Assembly: GCF_006345805.1 (NCBI RefSeq)
Contig: NC_043011.1
Span: 43,660,464 to 43,724,463, forward strand
Source of the DNA: Octopus sinensis
Lineage: Eukaryota
Direction: 5' to 3'
DNA length: 64,000 nucleotides
The translations under genes were made by a program, and so were the position numbers. Under the pieces are notes generated by a model. It did no database searches and was not told the DNA's origin. It worked only from the letters and a program-made list of their open reading frames with translations. Below are positions 1 through 13,740 of this stretch, piece by piece (the stretch's first letter is position 1; the number at the start of each line of letters is the position of its first letter).

Positions 1-1980
1 ACATAACTTCATCTAAAATCTAAAAAGCTTCAAACAAATCTTTCACCATCATCATCATTGTTTTAACCCAATGCTCATCCATCTCCATAAAATCATCGTT
101 AAATATTCCTTCATCACGTGATTCACATAACTTCACTGTATCTTAATTAATTTCATTAAATCCAGTGTATGGTGCCATCTCAATAATCTCCTGATAACTC
201 CAGTAGTTCCTCAAGCCTCACAAGTCTGCAATGCAGTTTTGGTCAGATTTTACTCCAGATTAAGATGCATTGTTCTTTGTTTTATGGTGTTACGTGATAT
301 ATGGCAGTGTTGCTATGACAACACTGCTGTTAGCATGTATCCCACACTGCAATAATTTGTTCCTCTTTATTATAGTTTTCTTTTAAACAATGTCTAAATC
401 TCCGACTGAAATGTACATTGCTTATGAAAATAAAAATAAAAACAAAACAAAAACATCCTGCTGTGAGCGCATCAAAGAAAGTAGAGTTAGATCTAGATTC
501 ATAATGATCGAATTGATTCTGTTTTAGAAATATATTAGTCTGGTCATCATCATCGTCATCATTTTACTTCTGATTTTTCCATGCTGGCACGGGTTGGATG
601 GATCAATATTGCTCTCTTAGAGAATTCAGGAATGTCTTGTTCGTATGTTCCATTTTTAGCATGGCCTCTATGTGTGAATGTTTTTTTCTACCATCAACCA
701 CTTTTACAGAGTGTACAGGGGAGTCATTTTATCATGGCACCAGCACCTGTGAGGTTGTCTTGTTCCTGGAAGGACAAACAGTTCTCTTTACCCTTCAATA
801 TCTTTGTTCAAGGCAACATGACATAGATGCTGAACAGAAGAGAGAGAGAGCAAGGTACGGGAAAGAGATTGGTAGCAATGAGAGGATGATAGAGGAGGAA
901 GTCATGGGAGAGAGACAGTGAAAGCTACATGAGGATTATCAGATTAATGAGGTGAATAGAAAAATTGCATAAGAACCATGATTGAACAATCAACATGTAG
1001 TTACCTGTTACTGTCTCTCTTCCATTACTCTCTTCTCTATCATCCTCTCATTCCTATCACTCTCTCTTCCAGTTTACCCTCTCTTCTATCACCCTCTTGC
1101 TCTAGTCCTTTCTTTATTATTAACGCTCTCTGTCATGTTGCCTTGAACAAATGATGATCTTAAGAAGTGATGGAGGGAAGAGAGAAAGTAATGGAAGAAA
1201 ATGCTGGCTTACAATAAAAGTGGAGGATGGTGAGAGAGAGAGAGAGTGATGAATGTTGATGATAACTGATGGGAGAGTAATGAGTGAAAGAAGGATGGTT
1301 AGCATTAAAGAAAGGATGGTGAGAGCATGCTCAGACAGGATGCTGAGTGCACTTTTGGCCCTTCACTCAGAGAGAGAGAAGCCCTTTGTTGCTAACAGAT
1401 GTAATGGATCACTAACCTTTTCCCCATTCTCTTCTTACTCTCGTGACTATATTTTTGGAATACCCAAAAATAGTTTGAGGTAGCCTTCAAAGTATTGGAG
1501 GGGACCCATTTCACACGTACTGCTAGCTGCTCCCATACATTTCTCATCATTCAAAGTCTATATTCCCCAATAGCCTACCTAAAATCCATGATATCTCTTG
1601 CATTTTTATAGTTTACATTAAGTGCACTATATAAAAATTCTACTTCCTCTTATTCTCTATATTCTTCATGACCATTTTTTTCTCATGAGAGTAGGGTTCT
1701 GTCTTCTTTCCTCCTAAAACTTTACCAAGTTAACTCTCGATTCTATGTTTTACTTCTTTATCTGGAATTTTTTCTTCACATCTTCTATGTATTCAATTAC
1801 ATGAACTAGATCATTGCCATATGGGAGTTCCCATTAGTCAGCCTGTCTTAAATTTCTTTCTTGAGGCCAGAAGAGTTAAATTATACTCAAGCAGAGTATG
1901 ATAACCGAACCTGATAAATCCTTGCCTAAACATTAAATTCCTTATTGAACTCTCACTTTGCTGACAGCGTTTCTAAACAT

Positions 1981-2392
1981 AGGCGCAGGAGTGGCTGTGT
2001 AGTAAGTAGCTTGCTAACCAACCACATGGTTCCGGGTTCAGTCCCACTGCGTGGCACCTTGGGCAAGTGTCTTCTGCTATAGCCCCGGGCCGACCAATAC
2101 CTTGTGAGTGGATTTGGTAGACGGAAACTGAAAGAAGCCCGTCGTATATATGTATATATATATATGTGTGTGCATGTATGTTTGTGTGTCTGTGTTTGTC
2201 CCCCTAGCATTGCTTAACAACCGATGCTGGTGTGTTTACGTCCCCGTTACTTAGCGGTTCGGCAAAAAAGACCAATAGAATAAGTACTGGGCTTACAAAA
2301 GAATAAGTCCCGGGGTCGAGTTGCTCGATTAAAGGCGGTGCTCCAGCATGGCTACAGTCAAATGACTGAAACAAGTAAAAGAGTAAAAGAGT
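1981..2392 (+). mobile_element. tRNA-derived SINE family A
   Basis: A-box-like TGGCTGTGTAG, B-box-like GGTTCAGTCCC, central (TA)/(TG) tract and (AAAGAGT) tail; more than 20 copies or fragments in the window. Confidence 0.9.
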
Positions 2393-2454
2393 ATGGCTTT
2401 CACTGCTTTCACAAATACTTCATTTGCTCCTAGTTTTGTCAGTGGCCACCAGTT

Positions 2455-2740
2455 TAGACACCATGGAAACTTGAAGCCTTCTCCAAGTTGCAGAATTCTT
2501 GGTAAAGTGGCATACTCCTAGCTAAGTACATCTCATATAGTTATCTCATTGGGAAGAGAGTATCAATAGTACTCTGGTTGGACATAAACCCAAATAGCTT
2601 CACATTTCACTTAATTTTCTTCCTAATCAGTCATAACTCTTTCAGTAACTTTCATAATCAGGTCCATCAACTGATGCCTCTGCAGTTACTCCTTTCTAGA
2701 ACCTCTCTTTTGTCCCTGATGCTGCTACACCAGTCACTAG
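2455..2740 (-). mobile_element. RTE-clade LINE reverse transcriptase relic
   Basis: Minus translation with shifts and stops gives EVLERSNCRGI..MDLIMKVTERV..IRKKIK..FGFMSNQSTIDTLF..YLARSMPLY..FCNLEKA, matching the RTE RT pattern NYRGI..QFGF..RST.DAIF..FVDLEKAFD. Confidence 0.8.
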
Positions 2741-2876
2741 GTATGGCAATCACCCATATAAGTACCTAGTTTAATATGCTAGTAACTATATATTACATCC
2801 ACATATTTCACCATATATTTTCAGATATCTAAATACAATTTATATATATAATACATTTCTAAATATCTCAGTACGA

Positions 2877-3157
2877 TAAAGTAGTTGTATACTGTCAACT
2901 TAATGTGACAGTCCCATGAAGGGAATCATACTACTGCTATTTAGCCCTAGGAAGCAGCAACACTTCCTGTCGGCCTTGACACATTTCCTGTGCAGGCTTA
3001 GCTGGGTGACGGTGCTCATCTCCCCCTTGCAAACATAAGGACACAGGAAATGTGTCAAGGCTGACAGGAAGCATTGCTGCTTCCTAGGGCTAAATAGCAG
3101 TAGTATGATTCCCTTCATGGGACTGTCACATTAAGTTGACAGTATACAACTACTTTA
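2877..3157. repeat. Near-perfect fold-back, 116-bp arms and 49-nt loop
   Basis: 2877-2992 is the reverse complement of 3042-3157 with few mismatches. Confidence 0.95.
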
Positions 3158-3706
3158 AATACAATTTCATAATTGTTTATGTTTTAACTATCGTCATACC
3201 TTAAAGGTGTTACATTTTAATGAAAGAGTTGGTAGACACACAAAGTTTCTATCTTAGTTGACAACAGTGAAATAAATGAAATCAAATGATCAATATAGTT
3301 ATACATTATTGATTATACAGCTTGTATTAAGATCCCCCATTGACAGGTCACTAGTATTTATAAAGAGTTAAACACTTTCAGTATGCAAATTAGGGACTCC
3401 TTCATAGAGTAACTGCTGTATTTGTTGAGTATAAAAACAGTTTGGCTGCTTGTTTCTCTGGAGGCTGTCAGAATGATTTAGACGCCTCCGATGAGAACCC
3501 AACAAGGTCCGAAAATTGATTAAGGTTGTTCATCATTTTTTCCCAGTCTGCAGAGAAATGTCTAAACTTCGCCCTGTTTATAATTATACTGTATGTTACA
3601 GATATTTAATTACATTTTTTAAAACATTAGTTTATTTTTATAGTTTAGATGTTATGTAAAGTTCCAAACAAACTGTTTAACATTTCATCTTCAAATTTTG
3701 ATAAAG

Positions 3707-4106
3707 TGTAGGAGCGGCTGTGTGGTAAGTAGCTTGCTTATGAACCACATGGTTCTGGGTTCAGTCCCACTGCATGGCACCTTGGGCAAGTGTCTTCTAC
3801 TATAGCCTCGGGCTGACCAGTCTTGTGAGTGGATTTGGTAGACGGAAACTGAAAGAAGCCTGTCGTATATATGTATATATATGTATGTGTGTGTGTGTGT
3901 CTGTGTTTGCCCCCCGCCCCCAACATCGCTTGACAACCGATGCTGGTGTGTTTACGTCCCCGTAACTTAGCAGTTCGTCAAAAGTGACTAATAAAATAAG
4001 TACTAGGCTTATGAAGAATAAGTCCTGGGGTTGATTTGCTAAACTAAAAGTGGTGCTCCAGCATGGCCACAGTCAAATGACTGAAACAAGTAAAGAAGTA
4101 AAGAGT
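3707..4106 (+). mobile_element. SINE family A
   Basis: Full-length match to 1981-2392. Confidence 0.9.
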
Positions 4107-5005
4107 GATAGCATGTTGTCATCTTAATGTGCCACTCCCATAAAAAGGAAGAATGCTAATGTTATTTAGCCCTTGTCTCCACTTTGAAAACATCAGGAGA
4201 CAAGAAATGTGTCAAGTCCAACAGGAAGCGGTTTTTCCTAGTGCTAAATAATAGTAGCACTCTTCCCTTTTGTGGGAGTGTCAAATTAAGTTGACAACAT
4301 ACTATCACTTTATTATGCTACTACTGCATAAATCTCTCTGAGAGATTTAGAAATAGATTATTTCTATTTAAATTTTGAACTCAAATTCTACTGAGGTCGA
4401 CTTCCCCTTTCATCCTTTCAGGGTTGATAAAATAAGTACCAGCTGAGCACTGGGGGCCAATGTAATCAACATGCCCTGTCCTTGAAATTGCTGGCCTTGT
4501 GCCAAAATTTGAAACCAGTTTTTTTTAGCTGTGGTGTTTAGCATACTTTAAACTCTTCATCTAAAAAACTGAAAAATTCCAAACTCTGGTTCACCACCCA
4601 ACCACAAACTTGCCAGAAAAATGGTCTGCTGCTCATAACACTGACTGAAAGAGTTGGAACTTCATGGATTATTGTTGTGCATTTTAAGGATTATCTCACA
4701 GTATTTGGGTTTATTGTATTTCTCACCGTTGTTATAATGGAACGACGTTTGATAAAAGAGAGTTAAATGAGGATCTCTTGTAGGTGTGCCTTACACATAC
4801 ATATGTATATATGTATATATATATATATATATATAATTCCTTTTTATTTATGTATACATACACATATATACATACACACACATACATATGTATGCACATA
4901 CATATATATATCATGGAGAAATTGTACAAAATGTAGACATGGTTGAAGAGTAAAGCACTGGCACAGTTTCGATTACCTGTTGTTATCCGTAGACTTTTTA
5001 TTGAT

Positions 5006-5045
5006 GTACCTGATGAGACCCAGAATGGGTTGAAACGTGTTGTAC
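5006..5045 (+). ncRNA. Minimal type I hammerhead ribozyme motif (second family)
   Basis: gtac-CTGATGA-gaccca(gaa)tgggtt-GAAAC-gt-GTT|gtac, followed by AATAAA at 5048-5053. Confidence 0.6.
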
Positions 5046-6426
5046 CCAATAAAGTCTATTACACACTCCATCTCCTATTTTATTAATACTATATATGTAT
5101 ATATAGTTTTATATGTATATGTGTGTAGGCACAGGGATGGATGTGTGATAAGAAGTTTGTTTGCCAACCACATGTGTGACACTTTGGGCAAGAGTCTTTT
5201 GCTATAGCTTCGGGTCAACCAAAGCCTTGTGAGTGGATTTGGTAGAAAAAAAAAGCCGAAAAAGACCCATCATATGTGTATGTATATATATATATATATA
5301 TATATATAATATGTATATATGTGTGTGTGTGCTTTTGTGTTTTTTTCCTGTCACCGCTTGATGATCGGTGTTGGTTTGTTTACATCCTCGTACCTTAGCA
5401 GCTTGGCCTAAGGGACCAATAGAATAAGTACTGAGTTTGAACTATAATATAGTGTCAAAAATTCGGTTAAAAAAATTTGGGAGTTTCTTATACATGAATA
5501 ATATTATAATCCATTACAAAATCTTTCTTCCAAATTTTAAACCCTAAAAATTAGGGGATTCCTTATACATTTTAAAATACGGTAATTCAAATTAATGTGA
5601 ATAAATAAGGGTTGCATTTGACAGAATTATCCTCGTCATTTAACGTCCATTGTCCATGCTGGCATGGGTTGGACAGTTTGACTAGGCTAGAATGCTGGAA
5701 GGCTGCGCCAGGCTCCAGTCTGATTTGGCATGGTTTTCTACAGCTGGATACCCTTCCTAATGCCAACTACTCTGAGAGTGTAATGGATGCTTTTATGTGC
5801 CACTGGCACAGGTGCCTTTTGCGTGATGCCAGAGTGCATTTACATGCCACCACAATGGGTGTCAGTTTGTGTGACACCGGTATCTGCCACGACTGAGTCT
5901 GCTCAGCTTGACGGGTCTTGATGAGACTCAAGCATGACTTAATTCCAAAGTCTTGGTCATTGCCTCCATGAGGCCCAACACTCGAAAGGAGCTCAGCCAC
6001 TTTGCCTCCATGAGGCCCAATGCTTGAGAAAAACTCAACCACCTTGCCGCTGTGAGGCCTGCTTGAAAGGAACTCAGCCACCTAACCTCTGTGAGGCCCA
6101 GCACTGAATGCTAAATGGTTAATGTCTTTCAAGGGATGATAGATGATAGATCTACTGTTGACCTAGCCTTGACCATCCTCTACTGGTCATTATGCTCTCA
6201 TCAATGACCACACTCACAAAGTACTGCACTAAAATTCCTGTTCTTTTACTGCGGCCATGCTGGAGCACCGCCTTTGGAGGGTTTTTAGTCATAGAAATCA
6301 ACCTGAGATTCGAAACCTGTGATCCCTCGACCGCGAGTTTGCTACTCTAGCCATTAGGCCATGTGCCTCCACACACAAGTTTTGGCAGAATGATATTGAT
6401 TCAACTGGATATATAATCCACTCTCT

Positions 6427-6507
<81 letters not shown>

Positions 6508-6606
6508 ATATATAATATATATATATATAATAATATCTACAAATATGAACCATCTGATCTGATTACCTCAATTTTTCTAATATATATATATATATATTTA
6601 TTATAC

Positions 6607-7013
6607 AGGTTGCAGGAGTGGCTGTGTGGTAAGCAGCTTGCTTACCAACCACATGGTTCCAGGTTCAGTCCCACTGTGTAACACCTTGGGCAAGTGTCTT
6701 CTACTATAGCATCAGGCCGACCAAAGCCTTGTGAGTAGATTTGGTAGACGGAAACTGAAAGAAGCCCGTCACATATATGTATATATATATATTTGTGTGT
6801 GTGTTTGTGTGTCTGTGTTTGTCCCCCCAACATCGCTTGACAACCAATGCTGGTGTGTTTACATCCCCGTAACTTAGCGGTTCGGCAAAAGAGGCCAATA
6901 GAATAAGTACTAGGCTTACAAAGAATAAGTCCTGGGGTCGATTTGCTCGACTAATGGCGATGCTCCAGCATGGCCGCAGTCAAATGACTGAAACAAATAA
7001 AAAAAAAGAGAGT
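6607..7013 (+). mobile_element. SINE family A
   Basis: Full-length match. Confidence 0.9.
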
Positions 7014-7088
7014 ATGTATGTATATATACACAAATATAAAATAGGGTCCACTATGTGGATGCTCTTGCGCTAAAAATAGATCCCCAAT

Positions 7089-7129
<41 letters not shown>

Positions 7130-8106
7130 TCATGAAGTGATGTGCAAAGCAGCGGCTGAAACTAAACAAATTTAAGAGCAGTTCTTTCATGGCAGTTTGT
7201 TATGGGGGAAAGGAATTCTCACACAAGACATATAAATGTAAAAACACCATAGTCAGCTCGGGGTGCCCTCTGTTGGATATAAAAGGGAAGCAACTCTCAT
7301 TGGAGGAATTGGAGGCGGGTATATATGATGGAAGTAGTCATCATGGTTGTTTTAATGGTGTTGGGGTTGGGGATCTGTTGGAGGTCATTCCTGGTGGTGG
7401 AGATGGAAGTATTCATTATGGTGATGTTCATGGAGGTGATGTAGGCTGCATGGTGGTGGAGGCGTTTACCACGCTAATATTACTAATAGTGGAGGTGTTT
7501 ATGGGTTTACTGGAGAAGCAATTGGAGGTGTTCACCAAACTGACATAAGTGGACCTATCTATGATGTCACTGGTTGTGCTGTTTATGCTGGAGGTCTTTC
7601 CCCTAATGTAAGCTGTAATAAACACACTAATGTTTTCAATAGTCCTCACTGCTATGTTATATAAAACAGTATTCAAACAATATTTCTCTTTTATGACTAT
7701 TTTTTAATATTTTTCCTTTTTCTTTTTCCTTTTTACTCACTCAAAGATCTTTATATGTATATAATTCAGAATTTCAACTGTATATATTATACATCTGTTA
7801 TATATATTTATGTATGTATGTATATTATCTGTTTATAAACTTATGTGTGTAAATATTTATGTGTGTGTGTGTGTGTGTGTGTGTACATATATATGCTTGT
7901 ATAGCAACATTTTCTGTCTCCATTAGATATACACATATATACATATATATGTTTCTATATGTTTGTATATATATACTTGTAAACATGATTGTACATTAAA
8001 CATGCACTGAATACTGAATAAAGGACTCCATACAGGGTGCAGAGTGGAAACCGTATTATCAATGGTGACTGGACAGTTTGAGCCTTTGCAGAAACTTTAT
8101 TGCAGA

Positions 8107-8335
8107 AGGCGGCGAGCTGGCAGAAATGTTAGCACGTCGGGTGAAATGCTTAGCAGTATTTCGTCTGCCGTTAAGTTCTGAGTTCAAATTCCACCGAGGT
8201 TGACTTTGCCTTTCATCCTTTCGGGGTCGATAAATTAAGTACCAGCTACGCACTGGGGTCAATCTAATTGACTTAATCCCTTTGTCTGTCCTTGTTTGTC
8301 CCCTCTATGTTTAGCCCTTTGTGGGCAATAAAGAA
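8107..8335 (+). mobile_element. tRNA-derived SINE family B (also about 4375-4520, 19020-19225, 39545-39720, 59745-59955, 61912-62105)
   Basis: gagctggcagaa..gttagca..gaaatgcttagc..gagttcaaattcc..gaggtcgactttgcctttcatcc shared among copies. Confidence 0.85.
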
Positions 8336-8861
8336 TGAAGAAACTTTATTGGCAAAGCTTCAAAGTGAACAACTATCATTGACAATATGTATTAGATCTG
8401 TGTATATGTGTATTTGTATGAGGTTGGTCACTTTTGGATATTCTAAAGAACTTCTATTGTCTCCTAGCAATGTCCAAAACAAACTGTCAGTATTTTTGAC
8501 AATATATATATATGTATTATGTATGTGTATATATGTATTTCAGTAATCTTTCTCTCTCTCTCTTTATATATATATATATATATATATATACACCACACAC
8601 ACACACACACTCTTTTACTAGTTTCAGTAATTTTGACTGTGGCCATTCAGAGAGAGAGACAAGCATGTATATGTATGTTTTATATATATATATATGTGTG
8701 TGTATGTGTGTGTGTGTAGATATGTATAAATTTGTATGTGTGTTTATATATACACACACACATATATATAATTTACAGGTATGTAAATATGTATATATTT
8801 CTATTTATATGTAAATATATATACTTGTACACACACACTAACACACACACACACACACACA

Positions 8862-8921
<60 letters not shown>

Positions 8922-10144
8922 AACTCATGCCTGTCCAACACTTGCCAGCATGGAAAATCAGCATTCAATGATGTATGTATGTACATGCACACGTATTTAT
9001 GTGTGTATATGCACACGCATTTATGTATGTACATGCACACATGTATGTATATACACATTATATATATGTATATATACACATATATATATATAAACACACA
9101 CGTATATGTATATATGTATATATACACCACACACATATATATTTGGAAGCATACACACACACACACACACACTATATATATATACACCACACACACACAC
9201 ACATATATGTACATATATATACACATACACTCACATCTCTCCACCCCCTACACAGGTACATATGTAAAGTGTAACCAAATGAATGAACATTTTAAAACTG
9301 TGATTAAAATATAATAAATTCTTTTTTTTTTTACTTTTTAGAATTAAAAAAAAATTAAAAGTAATTATTTACATTAAAATAAAATAAAACAAAAAATATA
9401 TAAAAGACAGTAACGAATAAATCGAAGAATATTTAATTAAATATTTAATTAGATAATGAAATCCTGAAGAGGCAAAAAAGAAAAAAAAATTTTAATAAGA
9501 AATTTGATCACTTCTTTGTTTTTTTTATATATATATTTCTTAATATTTTTTACATTCAATTTTTTTTAAAAATCTTCTCTCCCTTCTTTTTATCACTCTT
9601 CTCTGTGAAGGTAAATAAAGATGTTTTTCCATTCTGTCTTCATTTTTCTTATTGTTTTTTGCATTTTTACCGCTTTACTATTTTTCTTTATGTGAATGTA
9701 TTGCACACAGACACAGACAGGGTACAAGCATGGCTGTGTGATGAAAGAACATGCTTTCCAACCATATGGCCTTGGGTTCACTATCTTATATTCTCATCAT
9801 CATCTCATTTTCTAATTACTGCTCTGTACTCAATGCATCATTCAGAAACAGATGAATATTGAACACTAAACCAGGTTATTAGTCTCACAGACCCTCAGCA
9901 AAATATTAAAACATATTAAACCATGTGGCTCACAAGCAAGCTACTTACCACACAGCTACTCCTGCGGTAGCAAATCTTCATTTAGCCAGCTGCCGCTTCT
10001 TCACATTTAAACTTGCTGTTTAAGTATGAATTTGACCTGAGTGGTAATTTCATGTACCTATTTTGTCGTGATTTGACAGGCATTTTTTGTATTCTCCACA
10101 AATAACCTTCAACAAAACTGCATTGGAATTACACACTTTTTACA

Positions 10145-10348
10145 CTTTTACTTGTTTCAGTCATTTGACTGTAGCCATGCTGGAGCACCGCCTTTAGTCG
10201 AGCAAATTGACCCCAAGACTTATTCTTTGTAAGCCTAGTACTTATTCTCTCGGTCTCTTGCCGAACCACTAAGTTACAAGGACGTCAAACACCAGCATCG
10301 GTTTGTCAAGCAAAGTTGGGGGGACAAACACAGATACACAAACACACA

Positions 10349-10400
<52 letters not shown>

Positions 10401-10563
10401 CGACAGGATTTCTTCAGTTTCCGTCTACCAAATCCACTCACAAGGCTCTGGTTGGCCCGAGGCTATAGTAGAAGACATTTGCCCAAGGTGCCACGCAGTG
10501 GGACTGAACCTGGAACCATGTGGTTCATAAGCAAGCTACTTACCACACAGCCACTCTACGCCT
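10145..10563 (-). mobile_element. SINE family A
   Basis: Full-length reverse-complement match. Confidence 0.9.
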
Positions 10564-10918
10564 ATCTTGGATGAATATCTACTGCAAATAATTTGAATTT
10601 AAACCAACCAAATGCATCTAACCGCTACATCAAAGGACACTAGGATACTTATCCTGAAGAAACGTGTTTGATTGGAATTTGATGAGAATAAATGTTTTAA
10701 AAAATAGATTTTGAAGATTTATTCTCCATTTTTCTTTATGATGTCCTACGAAACCGATATGGTTAAGGAAATATATTTAGAATTGTCCAATGGAATATTA
10801 ATCTAATTTTTTTCTATCTTATAAGAACTTAATTGGATTTATATATTAATTGTTGAATAACATATTTTAAATACCTAACTGAGAGCAAACTGGTAATCGT
10901 TTTGGGGGTAATCCCTTA

Positions 10919-12101
10919 CTTTTTACTACTCTTTTACTTGTTTCAGTCATTTGACTGTGGCCATGCTGGAGCATCACCTTTTAGTCGAGCAAATCACCCC
11001 AGAACTTATTCTCTGTAAGCCTAGTATTTATTCTATTGGCCTCTTTTGCTGAACCGCAAAGTTACAAGGTCGTTAACACACCAGCATCAGTTGTCAAGCA
11101 ATGTTGGGGGACAAACACAGACACACAAACACACACATATATACATATATAACGACAGGCTTCTTTCTGTTTCCGTCTACCAAATCCACTCATTTTGGTC
11201 GGCCTGAGGCTATAGCAGAAGACACTTGCCCAAGGTGCCACGCAGTGGGACTGAACCCGGAACCATGTGGTTGGTAAGCAAGCTACTTACCACACAGCCA
11301 CTCCTACACCTATAATTGTGTGTGTGTTTGAGTGAAGAGCGGACGTGGCTTTGAGGTAGGAAGTTTGCTTCCCAACCACATAGCTCGGGGTTCAATTCCA
11401 CTGCGCATTACCTTAGGCAAGTGTCTTGTACTATAGCCTCCGGCTGGCCAAAGCCTTGCTAGTAGATTTGGTAGACGGAAAGCCCGTGATATATATGTGT
11501 GTGTAAGGGTATGGGGGTGAGGGTTGGGCGGATGCGTATGTTTGTATGTCTGTGTGTGTCTTTGTGTTTGTCCCCAACCAACAACGCCTGACAACCGATG
11601 TTTATTTACGACCCCATAATTTAGTGAGTTGCAACCAGTCTCAAAAAAATAAAATAAATACCAGGCTTTAAAAAAAATGCTGACATCAATTTGAGTCAAA
11701 ACCCTTCAAGGTGGTGCCCCAGCATGGCCGCAGTCCAGTAACTGAAACAAAAAAAGTATAAGCTACATACATACATATACTGCATGCCACCTTGGGCAAG
11801 AAGCCTTGTGAGTGGATTTGGTAGACAGAAACTGAAAGAAGCCCGTCGTATATATGTATATATATATGTGTATATATGTATGTGTGTGTATATGTTTGTG
11901 TGTCTGTGTTTGTACCCCTATCATTGCTTGACAACCGATGGTGGTGTGTTTACGTACCCGTAACTTAGTGGTTTGGCAAAAGTGACCAATGGAATAAGTA
12001 CTAAGCTTACAAAGAATAAGTCCTGAGGTTGGTTTGTTCGATCAACTAAAGGCAGTGCTCCAGCATGGTCACAGTCAAATGACTGAAACAATTAAAAGAG
12101 T
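10919..12101. mobile_element. Cluster of three SINE family A copies (10919-11312 minus; 11335-11760 and 11782-12101 plus)
   Basis: Head-to-head pair followed by a 5'-truncated copy. Confidence 0.85.
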
Positions 12102-13145
12102 TATTATACACACACACACACACAACACACACAAATGTGTGTGTGTGAATGTGTGTGTAAAGAACAAGATAAGCAATAAATAGAATTCATAATTTTTTCT
12201 CAATTATGGCAAGAACTTGAACATATGACAGTTTGTTACAGGATGGATTTGATTTTGATTTTTCTAGTTTCAGCTAATGAGCTGTGGCCATGCTGGGGCT
12301 TTTTTTTCTTTTTGTCCACTGGAATATTTTTCTAAACAGACAGCGACTGTTTTATTAAAAAAATTGGTGACATTTTGAACATAAATAATAAATATGTCAA
12401 CAGAGTAATGGCACCATTGTTAATGGTCAATTTAGTTAAAAGACAGGATTCCCAGTGGAATTAAATGTTTGATGATAAACCAAGCAGGAGTCTGCGAGGA
12501 TTCTATAAAATATTAATCATCAACACAACACATAAACAGATATTTGTATTGATTTGATGGCACAGTTCTTGATGGTGGTTCGATCTGTTAGAAATAGCAA
12601 CGAAATCTCCTTCAATTCTCATGCTACTGTTAGTAAGAAATGAGAATAGAATATTGTATAATTTTAAGTTGTAGATTAAATATGTTTGAATAAACGATGT
12701 GTTGGTCATGTCTGGAACAGGTTTGATCCATAGGTCAGAGGGTTTGAGGTTGAATAACAAAACAACAGCCATTATGTTCTCTGATAATACTTTTCCTCTA
12801 TCTCACCCTCTCTCTCTCTCTCTCCCTCCCTTTCTTGCATGTTTGCACACACACACACACACACACACACGTCTATATGTATGGATCTTTATATATAAAT
12901 ATGTGTGGATGTGCGCATGTGTGTGTGTATCTATATGGGCATATGTATGGGAATATATATATATATATATCATCATCATCATCGTTTAATATCTGCTTTC
13001 CATGCTAGCATGGGTTGGAAGATTTGACTGAGGACTGGCGAACCAGATGGCTGCAACAGGCTCCAATCTTGATCTGGCAGAGTTTCTACAGCTGGATGCC
13101 CTTCCTAATGCCAACCACTCCGAGAGCGTAGTGGGGTGCTTTTAA

Positions 13146-13402
13146 GGAGGGAGTCGACACCTTCGAAAGAGTAAGTATTTTGCACGAAGAATTTAAGCGT
13201 GCTGCTCGAAAGGGTACTGCTTGAAAGCGTAGTGACTGGAGAAAGCTTGGCTTGCAATGTTTGCATCCATGTATGCTTGTCAAGAGCAGGGTTCATTAGC
13301 CACCAACGGATCCGCAAATACAAAATATAAGTTAGTCCTAGAGCGCACAATTTTCCTAAAGGTCAGCAATGGTCTTCCTCGATCACGAGTGGACGGCCAT
13401 CA
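13146..13402 (+). mobile_element. RTE-clade LINE 3' end
   Basis: GVDTFERVSILHEEFKRAARKG, then ACNVCIHVCLSRAGFISHQRI (C-terminal Cys/His motif), ending tcgatcacgagtggacggccatc. Confidence 0.75.
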
Positions 13403-13740
13403 TGTATGTATGTATGTGTCTGTCTGTCTGCCTACATGCCTATCTATCTATCTGTCTATCTGTTTGTCTGTCTGTCTGTCTCTATGTGCGTGTGTGTGTT
13501 GGAATTTCGTTTAGGCATAGAGATACTAATAATCAGTAATTAGACCTCAATATACATGTATAAAGTATTAACAGAGTACAGAGCATAATAATTAATGAAA
13601 GGCAAGAAAACAAGAGTTATAAAATTACTTTCATTAGCTTACGACTGTTTCTGCAATAAGACGCAGCTGAGTGTTTGTGCTACATCCTATAGCCTCATCA
13701 GACCATATACATGTGTGCACACACACACACACATTTTCTT

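Noticed and set aside
804-1150. 20-bp inverted repeat around purine and pyrimidine tracts (also a 27-bp IR at 49716-49927)
   Set aside because: Real but short and degenerate; no evidence beyond old repeat decay.
1990-2060. tRNA gene
   Set aside because: A/B-box-like sequence is a SINE head repeated more than 20 times with no acceptor stem.
7189-7676. Gly-rich + ORF and Thr/Ser-rich - ORF
   Set aside because: Degenerate GGT/GGA triplet sequence with stops in the continuing frame and no splice support.
10648-10770. Hammerhead-like fragments (atcCTGAAGAaacgtgtttgat; ttcttt-atgatg..GAAACcgatatgGTT-aaggaa)
   Set aside because: Stem II is missing or the core is broken; too degenerate to distinguish from chance.
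13147-13170. 24-nt micro-exon (ttttaag|..AGA|gtaagt)
   Set aside because: The reading frame continues as RTE LINE protein through the apparent donor.
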